A DNA stretch of 64,000 bases. It comes from Clostridiaceae bacterium. Its GTDB lineage: Bacteria; Bacillota; Clostridia; Saccharofermentanales; DTU023. Positions within the stretch are counted from its first letter, which is position 1. Each line of letters opens with the position of its first letter. This document shows positions 37,513 to 47,295 of this stretch, in pieces. The stretch is taken from the NCBI GenBank assembly GCA_012841145.1, contig DUVH01000024.1:70711-134710 (forward strand), in the 5' to 3' direction. The translations under genes were made by a program, and so were the position numbers. The notes below the pieces were generated by a model, which made no database searches, was not told where the DNA came from, and saw nothing but the letters and a program-made list of their open reading frames with translations.

Positions 37513-37699
37513 GTGATCAATATCCTCTCCTTATTATGTGATGCCATTGCGCCGCACGGTACGGCGACAGGTCACCCGTGCCGTTTAAGGTTTCTTACTT
37601 ACTATATTAACAGTAGATCGTGAAAAATTATCCGTTTTTGTCTCATTTTCAACAAATATTTCCTTCAATGGATCTTTAGCGTCAAGATTGACTCATCCG

Positions 37700-37740
37700 G
37701 ATGATAAGAAGGCCGGGTTTCTCCAACGAGAATCCCGGCC
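37700..37740 (-). terminator. Terminator-like hairpin between ygeW and ygfK
   Basis: 13-bp stem with one mismatch (GGCCGGGTTTCTC / GAGAATCCCGGCC), followed on the minus strand by TTCTTATC. Confidence 0.5.
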
Positions 37741-37829
37741 TCGGATGTCAGGTAACTGTTTATGCGGCCTGAACTGCCTCCGCTTCGACATTTTGCATCA
37801 TAATGCCGTCGACCATACGTGCGTTTCTA

Positions 37830-39026
37830 TTAAGCATTGTTGCCCCAACGCGGTGTCGTACCTTTCCAGAGCTCTTCCAACTTCGCTCCCGGATTCTTGA
37901 TCTTCTGCAGGAAGATCATCGCGGCGATGATGTAAGGCTTGTAGCTCGCCTCTTTGTAGAGGGGAACACGATAACGGTCGAAAACTGACTCGTCGACTTC
38001 ACCTTCGTCACAAGATACGCCCGTGATGTCGGCAGGCAGGCAGTGCATGTACAGCGCGTTGCCGCCCTTTGTCAGCTTCATCATGTCTTCGGAGCATGTC
38101 CAGTCCTTATGCAATGCGTTCTGTGCGAGCAGCTCCTGCTCGAGAGCGTCGATACCGGCCTGATCGCCCTTGTCGTACAGATCCGTGCGGATCTCCATCG
38201 CCTTGTAGGGTGCCCAGCTCTTCGGGTACACGATGTCGGCATCTTTAAACGCCTCTTCCATCGATTCGACACGCGTGAACTTTCCGCCGTACTGCTCTTC
38301 GTTGTGCTTCGCGACACCTTCGATCGTATCCATGATCTCGTATCCTTCCGGATGCGCTAGGACGACGTCCATACCGAAGCGCGTCATCAAACCGATGACT
38401 CCCTGCGGAACGGAAAGAGGTTTGCCGTATGAAGGCGAGTACGCCCATGTCATGGCGACTTTCTTACCCTTCAGATTCTCGACGCCGCCGAGCTCATGGA
38501 TGATGTGGAGCGTATCCGCCATCGTCTGTGTCGGGTGATCGATGTCGCACTGCAGGTTGACGAGCGTCGGGCGCTGCTCGAGCACGCCGTCCTCGTAGCC
38601 TTCGTTGACATATTCTGCGACGTTTTTCATGTACGTATGGCCTTTGCCGATGTACATGTCGTCACGGATACCGATGACGTCAGCCATGAATGAGATCATG
38701 TTCGCCGTCTCTTTGACCGTCTCGCCGTGTGAGATCTGTGATTTACCCTCGTCGAGATCCTGCACCGCGAGTCCTAGGAAGTTACAGGCAGATACGAACG
38801 AGAAACGCGTTCTCGTGGAGTTATCACGGAACAGCGAGATGCCGAGTCCCGAATCGAAAACACGTGCGCTCTTGTTGTTCTCGCGAAGCGCGCGCAATGC
38901 GTCCGCCACCGCGAAAATGGCCATAATTTCGTCTTGCGATTTGTCCCACGTCAGAAGGAAATCGTCCTCGTACAACCCTTGGTAGTTGTAACCTTCCAAT
39001 TGATCAATAATTTTCTTAAAATCCAT
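37830..39026 (-). CDS. ygeW: YgeW-type knotted carbamoyltransferase
   Basis: DFLLTWDKSQDEIMAIFAVADALRAL, carbamoyl-phosphate motif NSTRTRFSF and YMHCLPADI. ATG at 39026 (MDFKK), whereas the track start is 39122. Confidence 0.9.
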   Translation of the reverse strand: MDFKKIIDQLEGYNYQGLYEDDFLLTWDKSQDEIMAIFAVADALRALRENNKSARVFDSGLGISLFRDNSTRTRFSFVSACNFLGLAVQDLDEGKSQISHGETVKETANMISFMADVIGIRDDMYIGKGHTYMKNVAEYVNEGYEDGVLEQRPTLVNLQCDIDHPTQTMADTLHIIHELGGVENLKGKKVAMTWAYSPSYGKPLSVPQGVIGLMTRFGMDVVLAHPEGYEIMDTIEGVAKHNEEQYGGKFTRVESMEEAFKDADIVYPKSWAPYKAMEIRTDLYDKGDQAGIDALEQELLAQNALHKDWTCSEDMMKLTKGGNALYMHCLPADITGVSCDEGEVDESVFDRYRVPLYKEASYKPYIIAAMIFLQKIKNPGAKLEELWKGTTPRWGNNA

Positions 39027-39075
39027 TTGCTCCCCTTTCCTCTCTGCAAATACGTTTATATTAAATTGTCGATTT

Positions 39076-40551
39076 TTAATCCATGGCGGCGAGAACGCCT
39101 GTGCGCTCGTTGAACTCTTCAATGAGCCTGTCGATCTCGTGCACCTGGTTGCGGGTGTCTACCCAGTAATTGTCGCAGTACCACTGATCGTTCAGCTCTT
39201 CCATCGTGCGTCCCTGTTGCTCAACCCATGTGTAGTACTTGAGGTGATGGACGCGCTTGCGCGTGTAGTAGGTGAACTCTTCCATATGATCCGTCGTGGT
39301 GGAGGCAAGATAGCTCCAATAGTCGCGCGCAGCGAGATCAGGCGTGTAAGGCTCTGCCTCTTCCAACTCCACGACTCGCGAGCCGTACATCTCGGCAGAG
39401 TCGGTCGCAACGGTGCCGATGACATCGTCCTTCGTGAACTCGAAGTACTTCGCCAGCTTGATGCTTCCGAGAACGTTCGCGATACCGCTGATGCCGAGCA
39501 ACGGGAGAAGATCTAGGAAATCTTCCGATACGCCCGTTTCCTTGATGAGGAATTGACGGCCGATCTCCGTATTGAACAAGCGCAGGAGATTGACTGCGTG
39601 ATTGTCGTCGATGGCACAGACGACGTCCGTATTCTTGACGTTGTGGACGAACGGGATGTGCTTGTCGCCGATACCTTCGATGCGGTGACCGCCGAAGCCG
39701 TTGTTCAGAATGGTGGGACACTGAAGCGCCTCGCCGACTGAGACTTTGATGCGCGGATACTGATCTTTCAGGTAATCGCCGGCGCTCATCGAACCGCCGC
39801 TGCCGCTCGTAAAGAAGCAGGCGGAGAATCTTGACGTCGGTGTCTTGAGGGACTCGTAGACTTCTTCCATGGCGGGGCCTGTGGCGTGGTAATGCCAGAG
39901 CACGTTACCCATCTCTTCAAACTGGTTGAAAATGAAGGCATCGGGACGCGTCCTGCGAAGCTCCCAGACCTTGTCGAAAATTTCCTTAACGTCGCTCTCG
40001 CAGCCGGGCGTCGCGAAGATCTCATCCGCGATGTGAGAGAGCCAGTCAAAGCGCTCTTGGCTCATGTCCTCGGGCAGGATCGCGATCGACTTACAACCGA
40101 GCAGCTTCGAGTTGAATGCGCCTCCGCGGCAGTAGTTACCGGTCGAAGGCCATACCGCCCAGTCGTGGTAAGGGTCAAACTGACCGGTGACGAGACGGGG
40201 AACGAGACAGCCGTACGAAGCGCCGACCTTGTGACATCCGGTCGGGAACCATTTGCCGATGATGACGAAGATACGCGCGTCAACACCGCTCAGCTCGCTC
40301 GGGATCTCGATATAGTTCACATCTCCGTAGCCGGCTCCTTCAAGTGTCGGCTCATTCTTCCATGTGATGCGGAACAGATTCAAAGGGTCGATATCCCATG
40401 AACCGACGTTCTTCAGTCTTTTCTTAATCTTTTCGGGAACTTTGTTAACGGGGTCGCGCAATTGCGCAAAGGTCGGAATGACTATGTTGTTTTCACGTGC
40501 GCGTTTAATCGCATTCTCAAGCCCTTCCGGGTGGATCGTCAGATCGATCAT
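39076..40551 (-). CDS. Fold-type II (tryptophan-synthase-beta-like) PLP-dependent enzyme, subfamily unknown
   Basis: 491 aa. Candidate PLP-lysine region GKWFPTGCHKVGASYG and phosphate loop FFTSGSGGSMSAG. First gene of the ygeW transcription unit. Confidence 0.65.
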   Translation of the reverse strand: MIDLTIHPEGLENAIKRARENNIVIPTFAQLRDPVNKVPEKIKKRLKNVGSWDIDPLNLFRITWKNEPTLEGAGYGDVNYIEIPSELSGVDARIFVIIGKWFPTGCHKVGASYGCLVPRLVTGQFDPYHDWAVWPSTGNYCRGGAFNSKLLGCKSIAILPEDMSQERFDWLSHIADEIFATPGCESDVKEIFDKVWELRRTRPDAFIFNQFEEMGNVLWHYHATGPAMEEVYESLKTPTSRFSACFFTSGSGGSMSAGDYLKDQYPRIKVSVGEALQCPTILNNGFGGHRIEGIGDKHIPFVHNVKNTDVVCAIDDNHAVNLLRLFNTEIGRQFLIKETGVSEDFLDLLPLLGISGIANVLGSIKLAKYFEFTKDDVIGTVATDSAEMYGSRVVELEEAEPYTPDLAARDYWSYLASTTTDHMEEFTYYTRKRVHHLKYYTWVEQQGRTMEELNDQWYCDNYWVDTRNQVHEIDRLIEEFNERTGVLAAMD

Positions 40552-40836
40552 AGCTGTTTCTCCTTGTATTGTGATGATAATTAATTGGATGTGGGCAAAT
40601 CTATTAGAACTCCCATATCTAGCATCTAAAGGGTAGCCTTGTTTTGCGTTTTAGTAAATGATTCTAAATGAACAGACTCAAACAACTGATTCATCACAAA
40701 CTTCAGCATAAAAGCAACAAATCGCCTAAAAAATCGATTTTTTTCGGCTTTATATATAACAACAACGTAAAAAAACCACGAAAAGACTATTTCTTACAAC
40801 CAATGACCGGTCTATGTTCAACGTCATTCGTAAAGA

Positions 40837-42216
40837 CTATTGCACAAAATCAAGTACCGCTTCGTACCAACCTTCCGTCGTTCGATAACGGATACGCGAC
40901 CAGTCGGAGGCTTTCGATGTATAAAGCGAGAAGCCGTACAGCCTGTGATTGTCAGATACATCTTTTTGTTCATAAATGGGAAAAGCTTCATACCATGACT
41001 GCCCGTCAAATAACTGCACGGCATCGAGCTCCTTCGCCCATTGCCTGTCATGCGGAAGGAAATTATAGAAATGACGATGATGACGCTTTTCGTATTCAAT
41101 CTCACCGCCGACAGCCCCCACCTGCCGAAGGGCTCCATCGATTTCAAAAGCTTGCGGAGCGTCAAGCTCAGGAGTTGTCAGAAGCATTCGATCGAGATTC
41201 CGTTCGGCAAACTCAAGTATGACGTAATCAGGATCGACCTCCTCAAGCAGATCGTAGCGATAAGGTTCGACATGCGAATAATGCACCGTGCGGAAAGTGT
41301 TGGAGAAGAAATCAATCCACGCGTTTGCGAAACTGTCACGGAACATAAGCACCGTGCCTTCTTTCGTCCCGTTGATTGTCTCGATCACCGGATCTTCAGG
41401 TGAGCGCATCGGACGTTTCGCCGTGTATTCTTTTTCATTGCCTGAGAAAACGATATCCTCGCCACTCGACCGCAAAGCGGGAAACAGCATGTTCGTCAGG
41501 TCGCCTTCCCATCCTTCAGCCTCTACACGAGGCTCGCCGAATGAGAGAGATCGGTCAGAGAGAAAAAGTCGTGACAGGACTTCACGATAGGCGACATAGG
41601 AACCGAGAAGATTCCAGTGCGTATCTTCCCGGTGGTAGAGATGATAAGGCGCTGTCTCTTTCTCTTGCAACAGGACATCCTCAAGATAGCACTCGTCGGA
41701 CACCATCGCTTTCAAGTATTCGATCGGCCTCTTCTCGCCGACGATCCTAATCCATGACGGCATAAATTCGGGATACACTGTCGATTTGTTCGGAGCGACA
41801 CAGATTATAAATGATCGTCCGCTCTCCTCGACATAGCGCCGCTGGATCTCCCATGAACGCGCAATTTTCGCAGCATCGCGGGTATCGAGGTAATCGCTTC
41901 TCACGTAGTCCCTGATCGTAGGCGTGAAAAAGTACCATCCTTCTCGGCCCTTGACGACTTGATCGCTGCCGCTAACGCCGGTTAAAGCTCCGAGACATTT
42001 GTGGTAGGCCGTCACGATCGCCGATCTGAAAGGAAAGTGATCGCTCCACCAGCGATCGAACTGAGGGCCGTACTCACTGTCCAACCGGAATGTTGGGAAA
42101 GGCGCCAGAGGCTCCTTTGAATAATTGGGCGAATCCAACCCGAACGCAAGACCCGCGAGCGGTACGGCGAGCGACAACAGGATGAGGATCGTGATTGTTT
42201 TGGCAAAACGCGACAT
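40837..42216 (-). CDS. AlgX/AlgJ-like (DHHW-type) SGNH-fold O-acyltransferase partner protein
   Basis: N-terminal TM/signal sequence and motif HREDTHWN (D-x-H-W). Immediately downstream of an MBOAT gene. Confidence 0.7.
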   Translation of the reverse strand: MSRFAKTITILILLSLAVPLAGLAFGLDSPNYSKEPLAPFPTFRLDSEYGPQFDRWWSDHFPFRSAIVTAYHKCLGALTGVSGSDQVVKGREGWYFFTPTIRDYVRSDYLDTRDAAKIARSWEIQRRYVEESGRSFIICVAPNKSTVYPEFMPSWIRIVGEKRPIEYLKAMVSDECYLEDVLLQEKETAPYHLYHREDTHWNLLGSYVAYREVLSRLFLSDRSLSFGEPRVEAEGWEGDLTNMLFPALRSSGEDIVFSGNEKEYTAKRPMRSPEDPVIETINGTKEGTVLMFRDSFANAWIDFFSNTFRTVHYSHVEPYRYDLLEEVDPDYVILEFAERNLDRMLLTTPELDAPQAFEIDGALRQVGAVGGEIEYEKRHHRHFYNFLPHDRQWAKELDAVQLFDGQSWYEAFPIYEQKDVSDNHRLYGFSLYTSKASDWSRIRYRTTEGWYEAVLDFVQ

Positions 42217-42228
42217 CGCACGACTCCT

Positions 42229-43578
42229 CTAAAACCGGAAATAGATGAAAGGATTGTACGTCGATGCGGAAAGCATCATGACGCAACAGATCCAAACGAA
42301 AGCGATCCAGCCCCACTTGACTTTTTCGTTGACACGAACGCGACGTGAAAGGCGCGCGGAAGCGAGAATACAGGCAGCGAACATCAGCCAGAACAGCGGC
42401 GTCACGACCTCCTGAGCAATGGCCGCAACCGGTAATGACGAGCGCCAAGGCATCAACATCGTTTTCATATGTTCCAATGCCGATGATAAGGTAGGCGCAC
42501 GAAACAAAACAAAGCTGAAAATGACAACAAGCCACATGTAGAGGCGACCGAACGCTTTAGGCCATTCTCTCGATCGCGTCAGCCGTTTTTCAAGCGTCAT
42601 AAAGAATCCGTGCCACAGCCCCCACAAGACGAAATTCCACGCCGCCCCGTGCCAAAGTCCCGACAAAACGAATACAATGAGTTGGTTCCTGACCGTCTTC
42701 CATTTCCCCTTACGGTTGCCGCCGAGCGGAAAATAAACGTATTCGCGGAACCAGGTCGTTAAGCTGATGTGCCAGCGGCGCCAAAATTCGTTCAAACTGG
42801 CGGCCGACAACGGCTTGTCGAAGTTTTCTTTGAAATGGAAGCCGAACATCAGACCGAGACCGATTGCCATATCGGAGTATCCCGAAAAATCGAAATAGAT
42901 TTGGAACACATAGGCGACAGCAACGAGCCACGACCCGAAGAAAGAAAACGGTTCGATATCGAACAGACGATCCACGACAACAGCCATGGAGTTGGCCAAC
43001 AACAATTTTTTAGCGAGTCCCATGACAAAACGGGAGACGCCTGCCGCCGTCTTCTCGAATGTCATCTTCCGGTCATGCAGCTGCTCTGCAATATCGCGGT
43101 ATTTGACAATGGGGCCGGCAATAAGCTGCGGGAAAAAGACGAGATACAACAGAAAGCGATCGTATCGTTTTTGCACGTTGACCGTTCCGCGGTAGACATC
43201 GATCACGTAGCTCATCGCTTGAAACGTATAGAAACTGATACCGATAGGGAGCGGAATCGCAGGAACTGCCAGCCCGAGCCCCAACACACTATTAATAGTT
43301 CCGACGACAAATGCGGCATATTTGAATACGGCAAGAAGGCCGATATTGAAAACAACGGAGAGCGCCAACATCCCTTTTCGACGAATCACAAAAGCGAACG
43401 CGTAATTAAAGATGGAGTTTAATAGCAGGAGCAGGATGTAGAGCGGCTCTCCCCACGCATAGAAGATGAGGCTCGCGACCAGCAGCACATAGTTTTTAGC
43501 GCTCGCAGAAACAAGCCACGTGAGCACGAGCGTAATCGGCAGAAAAAGGAAAACGAACGTCGTGCTGCTAAAAACCAT
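42229..43578 (-). CDS. MBOAT-family membrane O-acyltransferase (AlgI/DltB-like)
   Basis: Polytopic. Signature EFWRRWHISLTTWFREYVYFPLGGNR with the conserved His. Confidence 0.9.
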   Translation of the reverse strand: MVFSSTTFVFLFLPITLVLTWLVSASAKNYVLLVASLIFYAWGEPLYILLLLLNSIFNYAFAFVIRRKGMLALSVVFNIGLLAVFKYAAFVVGTINSVLGLGLAVPAIPLPIGISFYTFQAMSYVIDVYRGTVNVQKRYDRFLLYLVFFPQLIAGPIVKYRDIAEQLHDRKMTFEKTAAGVSRFVMGLAKKLLLANSMAVVVDRLFDIEPFSFFGSWLVAVAYVFQIYFDFSGYSDMAIGLGLMFGFHFKENFDKPLSAASLNEFWRRWHISLTTWFREYVYFPLGGNRKGKWKTVRNQLIVFVLSGLWHGAAWNFVLWGLWHGFFMTLEKRLTRSREWPKAFGRLYMWLVVIFSFVLFRAPTLSSALEHMKTMLMPWRSSLPVAAIAQEVVTPLFWLMFAACILASARLSRRVRVNEKVKWGWIAFVWICCVMMLSASTYNPFIYFRF

Positions 43579-43607
43579 GGCGACTCGTTATAAAACCCGA
43601 GCGAAGC

Positions 43608-44267
43608 TTAACGCTCTCCCGAGCTTGCGAGCATCAAATAGGAAATAGACGACACAGAATCGTCGATGACCACGATGACGAGTTCGCTGTCATCATCAAG
43701 CCAAGTGTACTGCCCTACCTCTTCTTTATCAGGCTCCCCAAAGGCCTTCAGCATATCCGAAAGACTCGAACCGATCGCGATACCTTCAGGCGTTTGCACC
43801 GATTCGTCTGTAAGAAAAACGGCGACGCATATTTCCTTCCCGTCAATGACTGCCGCATTAATCTCAAATCCGTCGAAGTCGTACACAAGATCATTACCCT
43901 CGAAGAGACAGCTGGGCGACTCATACGTTGAGTTGGGATCACCCAAGTCCCGCAGAACGCGCTCCATTTCATCGCCGGGCGCGATCGTAACACCCTGACT
44001 AGAAAAGACTTTCCAGCTCCCGCCCGTATCATCTGTCGGAGCGCTTTCCGTTTGGCGAGGCTCTTCAATTTTAACGACGCCGTCCGAAGGTTCCGGCAAA
44101 TCCGACATAATGGGGACGTCAATATTTGTGACCGATGTCAATGGCGACGTCTCATCGACGGCATTACTTTGACAAGCAGCTATGAAGACCGCGGTCAAAA
44201 TCGCAAGAAACAGCAATAAGCAAAAAATGATTATCTGCGTAACGGATTGACGTCGTTTTCTACTCAT
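43608..44267 (-). CDS. Lipoprotein, function unknown
   Basis: Signal peptide plus lipobox VFIAAC-QS, then 190 aa unrecognised. Confidence 0.65.
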   Translation of the reverse strand: MSRKRRQSVTQIIIFCLLLFLAILTAVFIAACQSNAVDETSPLTSVTNIDVPIMSDLPEPSDGVVKIEEPRQTESAPTDDTGGSWKVFSSQGVTIAPGDEMERVLRDLGDPNSTYESPSCLFEGNDLVYDFDGFEINAAVIDGKEICVAVFLTDESVQTPEGIAIGSSLSDMLKAFGEPDKEEVGQYTWLDDDSELVIVVIDDSVSSISYLMLASSGER

Positions 44268-44306
44268 GGTATCTCCTCAATGTTCATCAAGTCTTTATGA
44301 TCATCA

Positions 44307-46475
44307 TCAATCGACCGTAGTCTCTTCAGTAGCTGTAGACTCCGATGTTTCTTCCGTAGAAGTTTCTTCGGTCGTCGTCTCCGGTAATGTCTCGGCAGTT
44401 GTTTCGGCAGGAGGTGACGTGGGAGGCGAGGTCGGCTCGACAGTCTCAATTGGATCGGTCGATGGCGGCGGTTCTTGTATTCCGACACGTACGATTTCAT
44501 CGACAGGCTCCTGAATAACGGTCGTCGTTCTTATTGTGCGCGAACTCTCCACGCCGTCAATATACTCAATATCATAGGTAACTTCTTTCTTTCCGTTCAC
44601 ACCTGTTTGCACTACGCTTCTTTCACCCTTCAAAAGTGTCGAGTCGCTTTCCTCGACGGTCTCGAACGGGATTTCTTCCGTGACGACGACTTCTTTCATC
44701 GTCTTCTCCTGAGTGCCACTCCATCGAAACGTCGCCTCATCAGGTCCCAAGCGTTGAGCCTCTTGTAATGAACAGCCGTACAGATAATTGAAACGCTTGA
44801 CTGCGTCCGAGACGAATGTCCGTCCGCCGAGCGTCACCATGACCCATGAATGCGTCTCACCGTCATTCTTCATCGAATAATTGGGGATACCGAGACGTGT
44901 CAAGAGCGCTCGGTTCGTGAACTGATGAATGAAGCAATCGCCGGTCCGCTGCGTGAGTCCTCGAATCGCGCCTGCGATCCAGTCTGTCCTGTTCGTCTGT
45001 TTCCTGTACCTGAACGTTCTCCCGATCCACAGCATCGCCTGTCTGCCCTGTTCATACTGCGACATATCGCCGTGCACGATTTGACTGAGGACCGAGTCGC
45101 ACAGTTGATCGAGCTGTGCATTGCCCGTCGATCGTTTCGGTTTATACGGCGGGCGATGCTTAACAGTGGCTTGAGCTGTTTGAGATACTGTATTCCCCGA
45201 CGCGTCACGCGCCGTATAGACAATCGTGTATGTGCCGGGAACCTTCTCGTCGATGCTTGAATAATCGACCTTTACCGTCGGCTTCGGATCGTAGTCGTCT
45301 TTTGCGTAGACACCGGTCAAAAATGTCGGCCTGTCACCTTGGTAGTAAGTCCAGTCTTTAACACCGTATAGTACAGGCGGCGTCGTATCGGATATCACTG
45401 TCAATTGTGCACTCAAACGAAGGCGATTCTCTCCCTCGTCGATGACATCAATTTCAACAGTCGTCTTCCCGACCCGCTTGAAGTCGGGTTGTTTGACAAA
45501 GCGGATATTGACCTTCGTTGCATCGTTTACATCTTTAACAAATTGCGATGCTTTCAGCGACACGCCGGAAAAAGTCGTCTGATTGACGGCTGTCGCTTTC
45601 GGCATGACCGTATCGACGACATTGATGTAACTGAGAAGTTCTTTGCCCTTCCAGTCAAACTCAACCGCTTGACGCCCCACACGATCAAATGTCACTTTTT
45701 TCAGGTCGCTGACTAATGTCATGCCCTCAGGCATTTGATCACCCAGAAGGAATTCATTAACCGTCAGAGGCTCTTTACGTCCCGCCTCAATTGTGAGCTC
45801 CTCTTTGATCCAAATAAACGTCACCTGGCATTCGGCTGAAGTCGTATTACCGCCCAGATCTGTTGCGATAATAGTCACTCTTTGGACACCCAACTCGCCC
45901 ATTTGAGGTTTTTCCAGAAAAGACAATGTCACTTCCGTTGCATCGTCAATCGATTCAACAAAAACTTCAGGTTTCAGTTCATTTGTATACGGCAAGATAA
46001 GGTCTTTGCACATCAGCTTAGGGGGAATCGTATCGACAACGACGAGCTTTGACTCGTAGACTCGAGGACCCGCTTGCACCGAAACACTATACTCTCCCGG
46101 CTTTCTCAAATTGATCGCAGACAGGTCACCGACAAAATATCCTTTTTCTTCCTGATCGATCAAAAACAAGGTTACATCGACACTTTCAATGCCCGCCTCA
46201 ACTTGAACGACGGACTTCACGCGCGGTTTATTGTACCAAAGGTCATATTCTTCCTGCCGCTTTAACTCCTCCGATGAGTTTTCCGCTTCGAGGGAATCTG
46301 CGACGCGGCGTGAGCCGGCGCCATTCCTGTGATGATCCAATACGGAAGCGCCGACGGCGATGCTGATCACGATGAGAACAACCACACTCAAAAAGACGAT
46401 TCTTGCAATCGTCGACGACAAAAAGACCGTTAGCCGAGATTTATTATGAGCAGAAAATCGTTTTCGTTTGTTCAT
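44307..46475 (-). CDS. Cell-surface protein: TM anchor, Ig-like repeats, transglutaminase-like core, G5 domain, T/E/P-rich tail
   Basis: Repeated units of about 90 aa (VDTIPPKL..., VVDTVMPKA..., ISDTTPPVL...). Cys-His core TGDCFIHQF...ETHSWVMV. G5-like TEEIPFETVEESDSTLLKGERSVVQTGVNGKKEVTYDIEYIDG. Confidence 0.7.
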   Translation of the reverse strand: MNKRKRFSAHNKSRLTVFLSSTIARIVFLSVVVLIVISIAVGASVLDHHRNGAGSRRVADSLEAENSSEELKRQEEYDLWYNKPRVKSVVQVEAGIESVDVTLFLIDQEEKGYFVGDLSAINLRKPGEYSVSVQAGPRVYESKLVVVDTIPPKLMCKDLILPYTNELKPEVFVESIDDATEVTLSFLEKPQMGELGVQRVTIIATDLGGNTTSAECQVTFIWIKEELTIEAGRKEPLTVNEFLLGDQMPEGMTLVSDLKKVTFDRVGRQAVEFDWKGKELLSYINVVDTVMPKATAVNQTTFSGVSLKASQFVKDVNDATKVNIRFVKQPDFKRVGKTTVEIDVIDEGENRLRLSAQLTVISDTTPPVLYGVKDWTYYQGDRPTFLTGVYAKDDYDPKPTVKVDYSSIDEKVPGTYTIVYTARDASGNTVSQTAQATVKHRPPYKPKRSTGNAQLDQLCDSVLSQIVHGDMSQYEQGRQAMLWIGRTFRYRKQTNRTDWIAGAIRGLTQRTGDCFIHQFTNRALLTRLGIPNYSMKNDGETHSWVMVTLGGRTFVSDAVKRFNYLYGCSLQEAQRLGPDEATFRWSGTQEKTMKEVVVTEEIPFETVEESDSTLLKGERSVVQTGVNGKKEVTYDIEYIDGVESSRTIRTTTVIQEPVDEIVRVGIQEPPPSTDPIETVEPTSPPTSPPAETTAETLPETTTEETSTEETSESTATEETTVD

Positions 46476-47248
46476 TTGTCACTCGACGTTTCATCGCTCG
46501 CTCCATGTTCTTCGGTCATGGCAGCTTGTTGTTCGGCTCTCTTATTGACACGGTGATAAAAAACGAAGCCGATAACGCCTGCAACGGCACCGATGCCGAA
46601 TACAATTGCGGCAAAACCGTACTTTTTGGAACCGAGCAATCCGCCGCTGACCGTCGATGTCACAACGGAGAAAAAGCGCGCAAGCAGGATCTTCATCCAC
46701 GTGCCGAGTTTCATAGGCGTCAATCCCGCTAAATACGTCAAGATATCTTTCGGCGTACCGGGAATAAACATCAACAAAAACATCAATAGGTTGAGCTGTT
46801 TCGGTCGGTTAAAAAGCTTAACGGAGTCAATTTGCTCCGAATCAAAGAACAGCTCGATCACGGGGCGACCGAACCGTTTGACGACGAGAAAGATGATGAT
46901 GCTCGCGACATAGATGGCGGCCATGGAGAGCACCGTCCCCTCAATCGATCCGAAGGCATAGCCCGCGGCAATCTCAAACGGTTCACCGGGAATCACGGCG
47001 AGTATGACCTGAAGCATGGTGAAACCAAAGAAGAGTACACGCGAGAAGACGGGGTAGTCCGCCACAAGGGCACGCACCCGCTCGGAGTCGGCAAGAAAAT
47101 CAACAAGCGGTCTTCCCCAAACTAAAAAGGCGACAGCTGGACCGACAATCATCAGCGTCATGAGCGTGATGGCGAGAATTCGTTGGAAAAGGCGCCGCCT
47201 ACGAGCAGCGTATAAGGTCTTCGCACGTTTGAAACGGTTTCTTTCCAT
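46472..47248 (-). CDS. TVP38/TMEM64 (DedA-related) family membrane protein
   Basis: VIPGEPFEIAAGYAFG and FIPGTPKDILTYLAGLT. Its stop overlaps the start of the next gene. Confidence 0.8.
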   Translation of the reverse strand: MERNRFKRAKTLYAARRRRLFQRILAITLMTLMIVGPAVAFLVWGRPLVDFLADSERVRALVADYPVFSRVLFFGFTMLQVILAVIPGEPFEIAAGYAFGSIEGTVLSMAAIYVASIIIFLVVKRFGRPVIELFFDSEQIDSVKLFNRPKQLNLLMFLLMFIPGTPKDILTYLAGLTPMKLGTWMKILLARFFSVVTSTVSGGLLGSKKYGFAAIVFGIGAVAGVIGFVFYHRVNKRAEQQAAMTEEHGASDETSSDK

Positions 47249-47295
47249 CCTCGATGTTCGCTTGCCTTCTTTTCTTTTGCTTTCACATCATATCG

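Noticed and set aside
36334-37623. Long antisense ORFs opposite confidently identified genes. Examples: 36334..37623 vs ygfK, 15331..16467 vs serS, 7452..8141 vs hppA, 58355..59527 vs the amidase lipoprotein, 42769..43422 vs the MBOAT gene, and 13746..14264 vs yebC.
   Set aside because: Each lies entirely inside a gene with strong family motifs on the other strand. Their translations are Arg/Ser/Pro-rich and low in complexity with no recognisable motifs, which is typical of shadow ORFs in GC-richer coding DNA.
40552-40836. Purine/xanthine-type riboswitch upstream of the PLP-enzyme/ygeW operon.
   Set aside because: Reading the minus-strand leader, I could not find the conserved guanine/adenine-riboswitch junction and loop sequences or any convincing three-way junction. 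An Rfam scan would be needed to be sure.
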